Assembly (NCBI GenBank): GCA_902517175.1
Contig: CABYBM010000001.1
Location: 10,536 to 74,535 of the forward strand
DNA length: 64,000 bases
Direction: 5' to 3'
Source of the DNA: an uncultured Pelagibacteraceae bacterium
Lineage (GTDB): Bacteria; Pseudomonadota; Alphaproteobacteria; Pelagibacterales; Pelagibacteraceae
This document shows, piece by piece, positions 8,772 to 19,120 of the stretch (position 1 is the stretch's first letter; each line of letters starts with the position of its first letter). Both the position numbers and the translations under genes were made by a program. Below the pieces are notes generated by a model. The model had not been told where the DNA came from. It worked only from the letters and a program-made list of their open reading frames with translations, and made no database searches.

Positions 8772-10142
8772 TTATTTTATTTCTATTTTTTCAGGAAGTA
8801 TACCTTTTGGTCTATACCTCATTATCAGCAACAAACCTAAGCCCATCATTAAAAATCTAAAGTAAGGTACACTCTCTATTAAGTGAAGTTTTAGAGCGTG
8901 AGTTTCTGACATTCCTGCAGTAAAAAAATTTATTAAGAATAATGCAATTGGAGCAGCCTCTATCCATAAGAACCAAACTGCAAAACCACCCAATATAGCA
9001 CCAAAATTATTTCCACTTCCCCCAACAATAACCATAACCCAAATTAAAAAAGTATATCTCATAGGTCTATAACTTCCTGGTGTAAACAATCCATCTTGTG
9101 TCACTAACATTGCTCCTGCAATTCCAACAATTGCTGAACCTAAAATAAAAATCAATAAATGCTGTTTAACAACATTTTTTCCCATAGCATTAGCCGCTTC
9201 CTCATTATCTCTGATGGCTCTCATCATTCTACCCCATGGAGAGTACAGAGCTTTTTGAGTTAGGATTAATAAAATAATTACTACTGTTAAAAATAATCCT
9301 GAATAACAAAGTTTTACAAATACAGAGGAACCTTCAATCACAAGTTGGTTTAATGCAGCTTGTCGATCAGATAAATTAGAAATTAATTCTAATTTACCAG
9401 AATTAAATTTTTCAACTAAATTTATAAACCAATCTGTTGTTTGAAGATCTACCTCATAAGGGGCTGGTCTTTTAAGTCCAATTACATTTTTGACACCTCT
9501 AGTTAACCAATCTTCATGTTTTATAATTGCTATGACAATTTCTGATATTAAAAGAGTAGCGATCGCTAAATAATCAGCTCTTAACCCAAGTGCTACTTTT
9601 CCAACTATAAATGCTAAGCCTCCAGCAAAAAAAGCACCAACAATCCAAGAAAAAATAATTGGTAATCCAAATCCACCAAGAAAACCTGTTTTGGCTGGAT
9701 TGATGTCTTCAATTGCTTCAATACCAGGTTCTGCCGTAAACCTTATTAATAAAATTCCTGATATTATAAGAACCGCAATAGCATAAGTTCTAACTTTTGA
9801 CTTTTGAAAATTTTTTAAGATAAAACGAATAATTAATACCAGTGCTATAATAAGCCATAGGCACATCAAGATATCAAAACCCCCTGCACTCCAAGCTTCT
9901 TGGACTGGATCAACAGAAATTAAAACTGCAGCCAATCCACCGAGGGCGGTATATCCCATAATTCCAAAATTAATTAATCCTGCATACCCCCACTGAATGT
10001 TTGCACCCATTGTCATTACAGCTGAGATTAAACACATATTGAAAATTGATAGTGCGATATTCCAAGATTGAAAAATACCAACAAGTATAATTAAAACTAT
10101 CATGATGCTATAAGCAGCAATAACATTTAAATTTTTTCTCAC
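8772..10142 (-). CDS. livM: Liv-type ABC permease LivM
   Basis: QWGYAGLINFG, LRADYLAIATL, GRMMRAIRDNEEAA, GGSGNN. Confidence 0.88.
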   Translation of the reverse strand: MRKNLNVIAAYSIMIVLIILVGIFQSWNIALSIFNMCLISAVMTMGANIQWGYAGLINFGIMGYTALGGLAAVLISVDPVQEAWSAGGFDILMCLWLIIALVLIIRFILKNFQKSKVRTYAIAVLIISGILLIRFTAEPGIEAIEDINPAKTGFLGGFGLPIIFSWIVGAFFAGGLAFIVGKVALGLRADYLAIATLLISEIVIAIIKHEDWLTRGVKNVIGLKRPAPYEVDLQTTDWFINLVEKFNSGKLELISNLSDRQAALNQLVIEGSSVFVKLCYSGLFLTVVIILLILTQKALYSPWGRMMRAIRDNEEAANAMGKNVVKQHLLIFILGSAIVGIAGAMLVTQDGLFTPGSYRPMRYTFLIWVMVIVGGSGNNFGAILGGFAVWFLWIEAAPIALFLINFFTAGMSETHALKLHLIESVPYFRFLMMGLGLLLIMRYRPKGILPEKIEIK

Positions 10143-11149
10143 AGCACCTTCCCTTTAAATATTCCAGATGGTCTATAGAGTAATACAATTACTAATATCG
10201 AGAATGAGACTGCAAATTTATAATCTGTAGATAATAGCTGAACTAAACCTTCAGGTTCCATACTTGCAGGCAAAATATACATAAAAAATTTCTTATATGC
10301 ATAAGTTAGAAATATCTCGGAAAAAGCTATGACATATCCTCCTAAAAAAGCACCAAATGGGTTTCCAATTCCCCCAACAATGGCAGCAGCAAAAATTGGA
10401 AGCATATTATTAAAATAAGTAAATGGTTTAAAACTTTTATCCAATCCATACAAAGCTCCACCTATAGTTGCTAAAATTCCAGCAATTATCCAAGTTATCA
10501 TTACAATTTTTTTAGGATCTATTCCTGAAAGTAAAGCTAAGTCTTCATTATCTGAATAAGCTTTCATACTTTTACCTGTTTTAGTTTTATTTAAAAACCA
10601 AAACAGCAAAGAGACTAATACTATTGTAACTAATACAGTAATTACTTGTGTTGATTTCAATGCAAGACCTTCGTTAAGTCCAGTCATCTCTTTGAATTCT
10701 CTAGCTTTAATTATAAATTTTTCTCCATCAAAAAATCTTTGGTCTGAAGGTCCAATAATAATTCTTACCACTGCTTGAGTAACAAACATTACTCCGATAC
10801 TAACCATAGCTAATTGTACAGGAGGGCTTTTGTTTGCTCTATAATATTTAAATACAAATTTATCTATCGAAAGCATATAAATTATCATAAATAAAATTCC
10901 AAAAGGAATAGCTATTAATGCAGTTGGCAACACTCCTAAAGAAATTCCTAATGACTGAAAATACCAGGTGAACAATATTGTTACCATTGTGCCAAAAGAC
11001 ATCATGTCTCCAGTTGCAAAATTAGCAAATCTTAATATTCCATAAATTAAAGTAACAAAAATTGCTCCGAGAGCTAATTGAGAACCATATGTAAGTGCAG
11101 GTATAAAAATATAATTTAATAAAAGAATTAATGCATTTAATATATCCAC
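10139..11149 (-). CDS. livH: Liv-type ABC permease LivH (GTG start)
   Basis: TLIYGILRFANFA, GKSMKAYSDN, GGIGNPFGA. Confidence 0.88.
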   Translation of the reverse strand: MDILNALILLLNYIFIPALTYGSQLALGAIFVTLIYGILRFANFATGDMMSFGTMVTILFTWYFQSLGISLGVLPTALIAIPFGILFMIIYMLSIDKFVFKYYRANKSPPVQLAMVSIGVMFVTQAVVRIIIGPSDQRFFDGEKFIIKAREFKEMTGLNEGLALKSTQVITVLVTIVLVSLLFWFLNKTKTGKSMKAYSDNEDLALLSGIDPKKIVMITWIIAGILATIGGALYGLDKSFKPFTYFNNMLPIFAAAIVGGIGNPFGAFLGGYVIAFSEIFLTYAYKKFFMYILPASMEPEGLVQLLSTDYKFAVSFSILVIVLLYRPSGIFKGKVL

Positions 11150-11150
11150 A

Positions 11151-11858
11151 TTAACCTCCTAAAAAAGAGCTTCTTACTCTTGGATCATTTAGTAACTCAT
11201 TACCTGTTCCTGAATAACGATTTTCTCCAGTTACTAAAACATAACCTCTATCAGAAATGCTCAATGCTTGTTTGGCATTTTGTTCAACCATTAGAATTGC
11301 TACATCGTTTCTTTTGACTTTTACTATATGATCAAACAATTCATCCATTACAATTGGTGAAACTCCAGCAGTAGGCTCATCAAGCATCAAAACTGTTGGT
11401 TTAATCATCAAAGCTCTACCAAGTGCAACTTGTTGTCTTTGACCACCTGATAGTTCACCAACTAATTGATTTTGTTTTTCTTTTAAAATTGGGAATAATT
11501 CATAAATTTCTTCTATTATATTTTTAATTTCATCATTTAACAGAAATGCTCCCATTTCTAAATTCTCTTCAACTGTCATACCAGCAAAAACATTTTTGTT
11601 TTGAGGAACAAAAGAAATACCTTTTTTAACTCTATCCTGTGGAGATAGATTTGAAATATCCTTACCATTAATTTTAATTGATCCAGATTTTAAATTTAAT
11701 AGGCCTAACATAGCTTTCATTGCAGTAGACTTACCTGCTCCATTTGGCCCTAAAATTGAAACTATTTCACCTCTATTAACATTTACTGTACATGAGTTTA
11801 TTATATCAGGACCATTTCCATAACCTCCTGTCATTTCTATTCCCTCAAAATATGCCAT
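11151..11858 (-). CDS. livF: Liv-type ABC ATPase LivF
   Basis: GPNGAGKS, LSGGQ, LDEP, VEQNA. Confidence 0.9.
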   Translation of the reverse strand: MAYFEGIEMTGGYGNGPDIINSCTVNVNRGEIVSILGPNGAGKSTAMKAMLGLLNLKSGSIKINGKDISNLSPQDRVKKGISFVPQNKNVFAGMTVEENLEMGAFLLNDEIKNIIEEIYELFPILKEKQNQLVGELSGGQRQQVALGRALMIKPTVLMLDEPTAGVSPIVMDELFDHIVKVKRNDVAILMVEQNAKQALSISDRGYVLVTGENRYSGTGNELLNDPRVRSSFLGG

Positions 11859-12646
11859 TAGTTATGATCCTTAATTTTAGATCCTCTGCCAAGATAACTC
11901 TCTATTACCTTTTCATCTTTTTTTGCATCTTCCACAGAGCCTTCAAATAAAACTGAACCTTCGGCCATTACAATTACAGGGTCACATAATCTTCCAATAA
12001 AATCCATATCATGTTCAATCATACAAAAAGTATATCCTTTTTCTTTATTCAATTTTTCTATTGCACTTCCTAGATCTTTTAAAAGTGTTCTGTTAACTCC
12101 TGCACCAACCTCATCTAGAAGCACTAATTTAGCATCCACCATCATTGTTCTACCAAGCTCTAAGAGTTTTTTTTGTCCTCCAGATAAATTACCAGCTAAT
12201 TCATTCGATAAATGACCAAGATTAAGAAAATCAACAACTTCTTTTGCTTTTTCTTTTACTAGTTCTTCTTCTTTTAAAACTAAACTTGGTTTCATTAATG
12301 CTGTCATAAGCTTTTCTCCAGACTGGTTACCAGGCACCATCATTAAATTTTCTAATACTGATAGATTAGAAAATTCATGTGCTATTTGGAAAGTTCTTAA
12401 TAATCCTTTAGAAAATAATTCAAAAGAAGGGATATCTGTAATATTTTCATTATCAAAAATTACTTCGCCAGCTGAGGATTTTAAATTTCCTGCAATCAAA
12501 TTAAATAATGTTGTCTTACCAGATCCATTAGGTCCAATAATTCCTGTAATAGTACCTCTTGAAACTTTTAAAGAGCAACCTGAAACAGCAGCTAATCCAC
12601 CAAAGTATTTTGATAAATTTTTAATTTCTAAAATATTTTCTGACAT
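11858..12646 (-). CDS. livG: Liv-type ABC ATPase LivG
   Basis: FGGLAAV, GPNGSGKT, RTFQ, IEHDM, SYLG. Confidence 0.9.
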   Translation of the reverse strand: MSENILEIKNLSKYFGGLAAVSGCSLKVSRGTITGIIGPNGSGKTTLFNLIAGNLKSSAGEVIFDNENITDIPSFELFSKGLLRTFQIAHEFSNLSVLENLMMVPGNQSGEKLMTALMKPSLVLKEEELVKEKAKEVVDFLNLGHLSNELAGNLSGGQKKLLELGRTMMVDAKLVLLDEVGAGVNRTLLKDLGSAIEKLNKEKGYTFCMIEHDMDFIGRLCDPVIVMAEGSVLFEGSVEDAKKDEKVIESYLGRGSKIKDHN

Positions 12647-12651
12647 TCAGT

Positions 12652-13419
12652 CTATTTGTTTAGTCTTCGATGAATGCTATTTAAAGTTTTTTCAAGAGAT
12701 TTATAAAATCCAGCTTTTGATAACTCTTTAACACCTTGCTCGTTTAAACCTTTTGGAGTTTGAGACTCTTTAACCAAAAACTTTAAATTTTGTTTTGAAT
12801 TTTTAACTGCATCTTCAGATAAGGCTAAAAACAACGATGTAATATATTTTTGAGCATTATCTCTTTTTACTCCTCTTTTAACCAACCAATCAATCATTAC
12901 TCTCAATAATTCATAAAATGGAGCCATCATGCCAGAAGTTGTCCAAAAATTAATTGAAGATTTCTCATTTTTAATTTCAACAGTTGTTCCTAAATTATTA
13001 AAAAACTTCTTAACTTTAATATTTGGAGGGCAAATAGGTACTGGGCCTTTCTTTAAAGAAATTGGTGGCAAAGGTATTGCTCTAACTATTTTAGCTTTAA
13101 CTTTTATAGCTTTTTTTAATCTAGATAATTTAATCGTAGAAATAAAACTTATTACTGTCTGTTTGGACTTGAATTTTAAGTTTTTAATAATTTTTTCACC
13201 CACACTCGGGGTTACTGATAGGAAAACCCAATCAGATTGGTCTACAATTTGTTGATTGGTTTTAGCAATTGTAATTTTCTTAAATTTAGCCTTTAAAGCC
13301 TTAGCTATTTTTGTATTTCTTGGAGAAATTATTATTTTCTTATAGGAAATTTTAGAAGTACAAATTCCAGTAATTACCGAAAATGCTATTTTGCCAGTGC
13401 CAATAAATCCTAAATTCAT
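12652..13419 (-). CDS. proC: Pyrroline-5-carboxylate reductase-like NAD(P)-dependent reductase
   Basis: GFIGTG Rossmann motif; RAIPLP; SQTPKGLNEQ (divergent ProC C-terminal TPGG motif). Confidence 0.7.
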   Translation of the reverse strand: MNLGFIGTGKIAFSVITGICTSKISYKKIIISPRNTKIAKALKAKFKKITIAKTNQQIVDQSDWVFLSVTPSVGEKIIKNLKFKSKQTVISFISTIKLSRLKKAIKVKAKIVRAIPLPPISLKKGPVPICPPNIKVKKFFNNLGTTVEIKNEKSSINFWTTSGMMAPFYELLRVMIDWLVKRGVKRDNAQKYITSLFLALSEDAVKNSKQNLKFLVKESQTPKGLNEQGVKELSKAGFYKSLEKTLNSIHRRLNK

Positions 13420-13453
13420 AAAGTTTTGATTACTTTATATTGATTATATTGAA

Positions 13454-14365
13454 TTAATTAACAAAAAAAGAGCCTCTAATTCTCAACAATTCCCTACTTA
13501 ATTCTTTATTTTCTTTGAATGGTTTTCTTCCATGAAGCCAGAAATAATTATTAGCTATAACAGAGTGACCGACTGGTAATTTAGTAATTACTTTATTTTT
13601 ACTTTCCTCTAATGCATCAGATAATTTTTGTAAAAAATTTCCCTGTTCCATATTTTTAGGTTCTGGAAATTGATCTATGTATGAAATTTTTGGTCTTCCT
13701 TCTTTATCAAACGAAAAAACTGGATGCTCTACCTTATAATCAATATTTTTACTTTTAGGAGATCCCCAAATAAAATCTTGTTGACCGACAGGATCGTTGG
13801 ATAAATCATCACAATGCTCCCAGTCATCTAAATGCAACATAGCGGTTTCACCACCTTGTACGTTTTGCTCCTCTAGTTTGGTCATAACCAACCAATCTGT
13901 TACTTCCTTTACATATGTTCCATCTGTGTGCAAATCCATATTTCTGTAAGCTTTTCTCAAATAAGAGTCACTAGCATCTTCATGCTTAACATGAAATCTT
14001 GCATAGTATTTTCCAGCCATGGAGTCATGATTTGGGACTCCAATAAGGTGAGCAACAGCAGTTGCCAATTTAACTAAAAATTTGTCATTAGTTTTTAATG
14101 AAATATTTTTAGGACCAATAATAAAGCAACCAGTTGATCTGTCTCGGAGTATCGAATTGATTAACTTACTTAGTTTATTATTAGTTAAATCGTCAAGACT
14201 CCTCGCAATTGTAAATCTAGTAAATGGTTTAAGTTCTAGTGCAGTAAGATCAAATTTATTAAAAGGAAAAATTAATTTTTTTACAATTTCATCATCTAAT
14301 TGAATATTTAATATTCTACTAGAGTCTTTGTGATTGTGAACTTCTATACCTTCAATTTTTTCCAT
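13454..14365 (-). CDS. csiD: Glutarate 2-hydroxylase CsiD/GlaH (Fe/2-oxoglutarate dioxygenase)
   Basis: YYARF, DSYLRKAYR, LHTDGTYVKE, LHLDDW, NNYFWLHGR, RELLRIRG. Confidence 0.9.
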   Translation of the reverse strand: MEKIEGIEVHNHKDSSRILNIQLDDEIVKKLIFPFNKFDLTALELKPFTRFTIARSLDDLTNNKLSKLINSILRDRSTGCFIIGPKNISLKTNDKFLVKLATAVAHLIGVPNHDSMAGKYYARFHVKHEDASDSYLRKAYRNMDLHTDGTYVKEVTDWLVMTKLEEQNVQGGETAMLHLDDWEHCDDLSNDPVGQQDFIWGSPKSKNIDYKVEHPVFSFDKEGRPKISYIDQFPEPKNMEQGNFLQKLSDALEESKNKVITKLPVGHSVIANNYFWLHGRKPFKENKELSRELLRIRGSFFVN

Positions 14366-14405
14366 AATAAATTTTAAATTAACTTAAATAATAAATCAAT
14401 TTGAA

Positions 14406-14729
14406 TTAAAAATAATTGTTAATGGCTGCCATACATAAGGCAGAAAAAACTGTGGGATAAACATAATTTTGTTTAGACACAAAGAATACAACCAATGACA
14501 ATACGACAACAATTATTCTACTTAAATAACTTGCGTCAATAAGAACACCAGCAGGAAAAATAATTGTTCTCGCTATTAGTGCTGCTAAAGTTGCATATGC
14601 TAAACAATTAAACCATTTAAATAATTTTGAAGTTTCTTTAATTCCCTGTGAGCTTACAGCCCCAAGAAATCTTGAAATAAAAGTAGCTAATGAAGTAACT
14701 AAGATTGCATAAAAAATACTAACTGACAT
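14406..14729 (-). CDS. azlD: AzlD-family small membrane protein
   Basis: TFISRFLG motif; directly after azlC. Confidence 0.75.
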   Translation of the reverse strand: MSVSIFYAILVTSLATFISRFLGAVSSQGIKETSKLFKWFNCLAYATLAALIARTIIFPAGVLIDASYLSRIIVVVLSLVVFFVSKQNYVYPTVFSALCMAAINNYF

Positions 14730-15423
14730 TTAGCTCTCCTATTATATAAGCAATTGTTCCACCAAATATGCCTCCGAGTAAAATCGACCATTCTGGAGAT
14801 AAAAAATAAAAGACAGGTCCTAAAATTGTTCCAAGAATAACAGATAATGTAATTTGTATTGTTTTTGAAGCTCCCACCATCATGCACAAGAAATAGACTG
14901 GATTAAGAATGGCTAATCCCATCATCATATCTTTATTTAAATACTCTGAAAAATAAAAACCAATAAAAGTACCTAAAACTGCTACGCTCCAGGTTGCGCT
15001 ACCAATACCAATCCAAAAATCAATTCTTTGTTTTTTGGGAACTGTCTTATAGTTACTTTTCATTATCAACCAAGCAGACACAGCAATAAAATGACATGAG
15101 AAGTAATATTTCCATTTAGGTTGATTTTTATGCATCATTAGTGGAAACAAAGAAACAGCCATTGGGTAAAGCCTCGCATTAACAAACCAAACTGCTAAAA
15201 AAATATTTAATAATGATGCTCCGACTAATAATGACTCTGCCATTACTAATGAACCTGGCAAAGCATAAGTTAACATTGTAGAAAAAATACTTTCTTGAAT
15301 ATTAAAACCTAAATTTTTAAGTAAAGCTCCTATAGCAATGAAACAACACCCCAAAGCAATTGCAGGACTATCGGGTGCGAGAATTGATTTATATCCCTTA
15401 AAGAAAAACTGCCTATTAATCAT
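14719..15423 (-). CDS. azlC: AzlC-family permease
   Basis: YALPGS, VNARLYPM; hydrophobic. Confidence 0.8.
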   Translation of the reverse strand: MINRQFFFKGYKSILAPDSPAIALGCCFIAIGALLKNLGFNIQESIFSTMLTYALPGSLVMAESLLVGASLLNIFLAVWFVNARLYPMAVSLFPLMMHKNQPKWKYYFSCHFIAVSAWLIMKSNYKTVPKKQRIDFWIGIGSATWSVAVLGTFIGFYFSEYLNKDMMMGLAILNPVYFLCMMVGASKTIQITLSVILGTILGPVFYFLSPEWSILLGGIFGGTIAYIIGELNVS

Positions 15424-16208
15424 TAACCGCCAAGGAATAGTCTGCCAACATCAGGATTTTTAAGTAAATCATCTCCTTTGCCAGCGATAGCAGTTTCACC
15501 AGATACTAAGACATATCCTATGTCTGCAAATTCTAATCCTTTTTTAGCATTTTGTTCAACAAGAATGATTGTTTTTTTTTCATTTTCCTGGAGATCTCTT
15601 AAAATTTCAAAAACCATATCAATGTATCTTGGTTCTAATCCAATCGATGGTTCGTCAACTAATAAAACTGATGGTTTCATCACAAGGGCTCTAGAAATTT
15701 CTAACAATCTTCTTTCTCCTCCTGACAAAACTTTTGCTGGCTGATTTCTTCTATTTCTTAATCTTTCGTATTTCTCAAAAATTTTTTCAGCTTCTTGATA
15801 AGACTCATCTGTATTTTCTTTTATATATCCACCCATTAATAAATTTTCCTCTACAGTCATGTCTGGAAATACTGAATTATCTTGAAGTATATAAGCTATA
15901 CCTACAGATTTTAACTTTTCTGCTGGTGTTAAATTTGTAATTTCTTTGCCATCAATTTCTATTTGACCTGAAAAAATATTAGTAAATCCATAAATAGAGT
16001 GAAGTATTGTAGATTTTCCTGCACCATTTGGACCTATTAAACATAAAGACTGTGCCTTGTTTACAAATAAATCAAAATTATGCAAAATTTCCATTTTTCC
16101 ATATCCAGCATTTAAACCCTTAATTGTTAAATGTATTTCACTAGGTGATAACTTTTTTAAATCCTCTGGGCCTGGAGCTTTTCCTAATACTTCATATTGA
16201 TTGGACAT
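15423..16208 (-). CDS. livF: Liv-type ABC ATPase LivF
   Basis: AGYG, GPNGAGKS, LSGGE, DEPSIGL, VEQNA, LFLGG. Confidence 0.9.
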   Translation of the reverse strand: MSNQYEVLGKAPGPEDLKKLSPSEIHLTIKGLNAGYGKMEILHNFDLFVNKAQSLCLIGPNGAGKSTILHSIYGFTNIFSGQIEIDGKEITNLTPAEKLKSVGIAYILQDNSVFPDMTVEENLLMGGYIKENTDESYQEAEKIFEKYERLRNRRNQPAKVLSGGERRLLEISRALVMKPSVLLVDEPSIGLEPRYIDMVFEILRDLQENEKKTIILVEQNAKKGLEFADIGYVLVSGETAIAGKGDDLLKNPDVGRLFLGG

Positions 16209-16948
16209 TATTGAGCTCCTAAGTAAGCGTCTATTACACGTTTATCGTTTTTAATTTCATCAGGTGACCCATTGGCCAACATTTTGCCATGTGCTAAACA
16301 GAAAATATTTTCAGCAAGTTGCATTATTACTCTCATGTTATGTTCAATAACTAAAAGAGTAATTCCAAAATCTTGGTTTACTTTAATTAACCTATCTATA
16401 ATTCCATTAATCAATGTTGGATTAATTCCAGCTGTTGGCTCATCTAATAAAAGCATTTCTGGCTCATTCATTAGTGCCATAGCTAATTCTAATAATTTTT
16501 GCTGTCCAAATGATAAATCCCCTGCTCTCAAATTTCTTTTTTGATATAAGCCTACAAAATTTAGTAAATTTTCTGCTTTTTCTGTAAGTTCCTTAGGAAT
16601 TGCTGAAAAAATCTTCATTAAACTTTCATCACTTCCTTTATGACTAATGAGCATATTTTCTACGCAGTTTAACTTTCCATAAATTCGAGTTTGTTGAAAA
16701 GTTCTTAACAATCCAAGTTTTGCAATAACGGGTACTGGTAGTTCTGAAACCTCTGTTTTATTAAACTTGATTGAACCATTATCTATTGGATATGTTCCAA
16801 CTATCGAATTAAATAATGTTGTTTTACCAGATCCATTAGGCCCAATTAATCCAACTATTCTACCTTTTTCAACATTCATTGAAATATCAACATTAGCTTT
16901 TACGCCACCAAATGATTTACTTACATTGCTAACTTCTAAAATGCTCAT
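16208..16948 (-). CDS. livG: Liv-type ABC ATPase LivG
   Basis: GPNGSGKT, LSFGQQK, DEPTAG, IEHNM, AYLG. Confidence 0.9.
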   Translation of the reverse strand: MSILEVSNVSKSFGGVKANVDISMNVEKGRIVGLIGPNGSGKTTLFNSIVGTYPIDNGSIKFNKTEVSELPVPVIAKLGLLRTFQQTRIYGKLNCVENMLISHKGSDESLMKIFSAIPKELTEKAENLLNFVGLYQKRNLRAGDLSFGQQKLLELAMALMNEPEMLLLDEPTAGINPTLINGIIDRLIKVNQDFGITLLVIEHNMRVIMQLAENIFCLAHGKMLANGSPDEIKNDKRVIDAYLGAQ

Positions 16949-17997
16949 TTAAGCTCAACCTGTGCTTTACGATCTTTTTCATCTACAACTTCACCAAATC
17001 TTTCGGGATATTTTTCTCTTAACCAACCCATTATCCCCTCTGGAAAATAAATAACTATAACTACAATTAAAACTCCAAGCGCAACATATTGCCAACCTAA
17101 GAAGAAAGTCCAAAAACCCTCTTTAAAAATATGAAAAACTGTTGCACCAATAATTGGTCCCCAAAGAGTTCCTTTTCCACCTAAGATTGCCATCAGAACC
17201 ATGAAAACTCCCATTTCTCTTCCATCAAAAGCAACATCAGTTGAATCAATATATCCAACTAAGCCACCCATAATTCCTCCAGCAAGCCCACAAAAGAAAG
17301 CTGATATCATCCAACCAACTATTTTGTACTTCATCGTTTGAATTCCCATAGCCTCAGCCTTATCTTCATTATCTCTAATTGCATTTAATATTAATTTAAA
17401 TCTGGTTGTGTAAATTCCTCTGACAGCTATGAAAGTTAGTATTAAAACAAAAAAGCTTAGAAAATAAAAAAATTCACCTCGTGATTCTAAACTTCCTACA
17501 TCAGGAAACGGTGGAGTAGTGAAACCTTGTCCAGCTCCAATGATTTCAATTCCTCCAGAAATTTCACCTGCTGCAACACCCAAACCTAGTGTGCAAATGG
17601 CAAAATAATGCCCTCTAAGTCCTAAAATAGAATATCCAATTAAACCAGCCACAATAGTTGGCACAACCGCCGCAACTATCAAACCAACAGCCATCCCTTG
17701 AAAAAATTGTGCAGGAGTATGAACAAATGTTTTTTCACCACCACTTTCAGTCCATTCAGCTAGAGGGAAAAACATACCAACCTGAACAGAGGCACATAAA
17801 TACATGCCTAAGCCATAAAAGAGTATATTTCCAAATGAGTTATACCCCATTTCACCACCTTGAATATTCCATGTGGTTGCTAAAACTATTAATACACAAA
17901 GAATAGATAACTGTACTTTGAAAGCTGGAAACAAGAATGGAGCAGCTATACCAAAAATTAAAATTCCACTATATAAGAGTAAATTATTTTTGTTCAT
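16945..17997 (-). CDS. livM: Liv-type ABC permease LivM
   Basis: LRGHYFAICTL, AIRDNEDKA, LGGKGTLWGP. Confidence 0.88.
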   Translation of the reverse strand: MNKNNLLLYSGILIFGIAAPFLFPAFKVQLSILCVLIVLATTWNIQGGEMGYNSFGNILFYGLGMYLCASVQVGMFFPLAEWTESGGEKTFVHTPAQFFQGMAVGLIVAAVVPTIVAGLIGYSILGLRGHYFAICTLGLGVAAGEISGGIEIIGAGQGFTTPPFPDVGSLESRGEFFYFLSFFVLILTFIAVRGIYTTRFKLILNAIRDNEDKAEAMGIQTMKYKIVGWMISAFFCGLAGGIMGGLVGYIDSTDVAFDGREMGVFMVLMAILGGKGTLWGPIIGATVFHIFKEGFWTFFLGWQYVALGVLIVVIVIYFPEGIMGWLREKYPERFGEVVDEKDRKAQVELK

Positions 17998-18166
17998 AAA
18001 GATTTAATATTTTGTTTCTAAAATTTTGGTTAATAGTAAAATAATGTCCATCTTCCTCATGAACACTTGAACCATTTGAATGATATTCATCTAAATGTTT
18101 CTTAAATTTAACTATATCGACTTCTATTAATTTACCTTGGTTGTCTTTAATTTTAACCTTTCTCAT
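17984..18166 (-). CDS. Small soluble hypothetical protein (60 aa) embedded in the ABC operon
   Basis: Fills the livH-livM gap and overlaps both neighbours (ATGA coupling with the livH stop). Confidence 0.7.
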   Translation of the reverse strand: MRKVKIKDNQGKLIEVDIVKFKKHLDEYHSNGSSVHEEDGHYFTINQNFRNKILNLYEQK

Positions 18167-19056
18167 TTCAAGTACTCTCTTTTTCTAGAAAGTTTAAATC
18201 TTCTATAAACTAGTATTAAAACTAATAATAAAAATACTGATCCAATTCTAAATTCGGTTCCAAGTATATAATCTGCAAATTCTTCAAAAACACCTAAACC
18301 CATTCCTGACATTGCAACGCCAGGTAAATTTCCTAATCCTGCAATAATGACAATCATAAAAGATCTTATTGTATAAGGAAGTCCCATATATGGGTGAATT
18401 GTAAAAGTAATTGAAATTAGTGCTCCAGCAACACCACAAAGAGCTGCATTAATTCCAAAAGTTGCTGCATAAACTTTTTCCGTATCAACACCTAAAATCT
18501 TTGCTGCTCTTGCATTTTGGGCTGTAGCTCTGATTGCACGACCAAGCTTAGATTTTTTCATGTAAATTACTAAACAAATTGCGAATAAAATGCTTATAAA
18601 TGCTGAAAATATTTTCGAATTTGGCAGAACAACATTATTATTAAATAACATAGTTGTTCCATAATCTGAGTTTGCAAGAACAACATCGGCTCCAAATGCA
18701 AAGTTCATTAATTGCATGAACAGAATACTTATTCCAAATGTGGCTAAGATAGATATAAACAAATCTCTATCGACAACTTTATTAATTACAAGTTTGTAAA
18801 TTGCTATACCCACAAAAAACATTATTATTGGTGATACAATAACTCCCCATGCTGGGTGAATACCGTAAAGATACATAAAATAAGCAATGTATCCTCCTAA
18901 AATAACTAGATCTCCTTGGGCAATATTAATTATATTCATTACACCCCATTGAAGTGCCATACCATATGCAATCAATGCAAATAATATTCCAAGTAATATT
19001 CCGTCCAAACATGCTTGAACAGAAATCATTGGATATTGGAAGACCATGAAATCCAT
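18163..19056 (-). CDS. livH: Liv-type ABC permease LivH
   Basis: WGVMNIINIAQG, GRAIRATAQN, AGLGNLPG. Confidence 0.88.
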   Translation of the reverse strand: MDFMVFQYPMISVQACLDGILLGILFALIAYGMALQWGVMNIINIAQGDLVILGGYIAYFMYLYGIHPAWGVIVSPIIMFFVGIAIYKLVINKVVDRDLFISILATFGISILFMQLMNFAFGADVVLANSDYGTTMLFNNNVVLPNSKIFSAFISILFAICLVIYMKKSKLGRAIRATAQNARAAKILGVDTEKVYAATFGINAALCGVAGALISITFTIHPYMGLPYTIRSFMIVIIAGLGNLPGVAMSGMGLGVFEEFADYILGTEFRIGSVFLLLVLILVYRRFKLSRKREYLK

Positions 19057-19068
19057 AATGAATCCTAT

Positions 19069-19109
19069 AAAAAAAATACCCCCTATATATGTTATATTAG
19101 GGGGTATTT
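19069..19109 (-). terminator. Intra-operonic terminator/stability hairpin after the SBP gene
   Basis: AAATACCCCCTA...TAGGGGGTATTT 12-bp inverted repeat followed by a U-tract on the minus strand. Confidence 0.8.
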
Positions 19110-19120
19110 ATAGATTTGTT

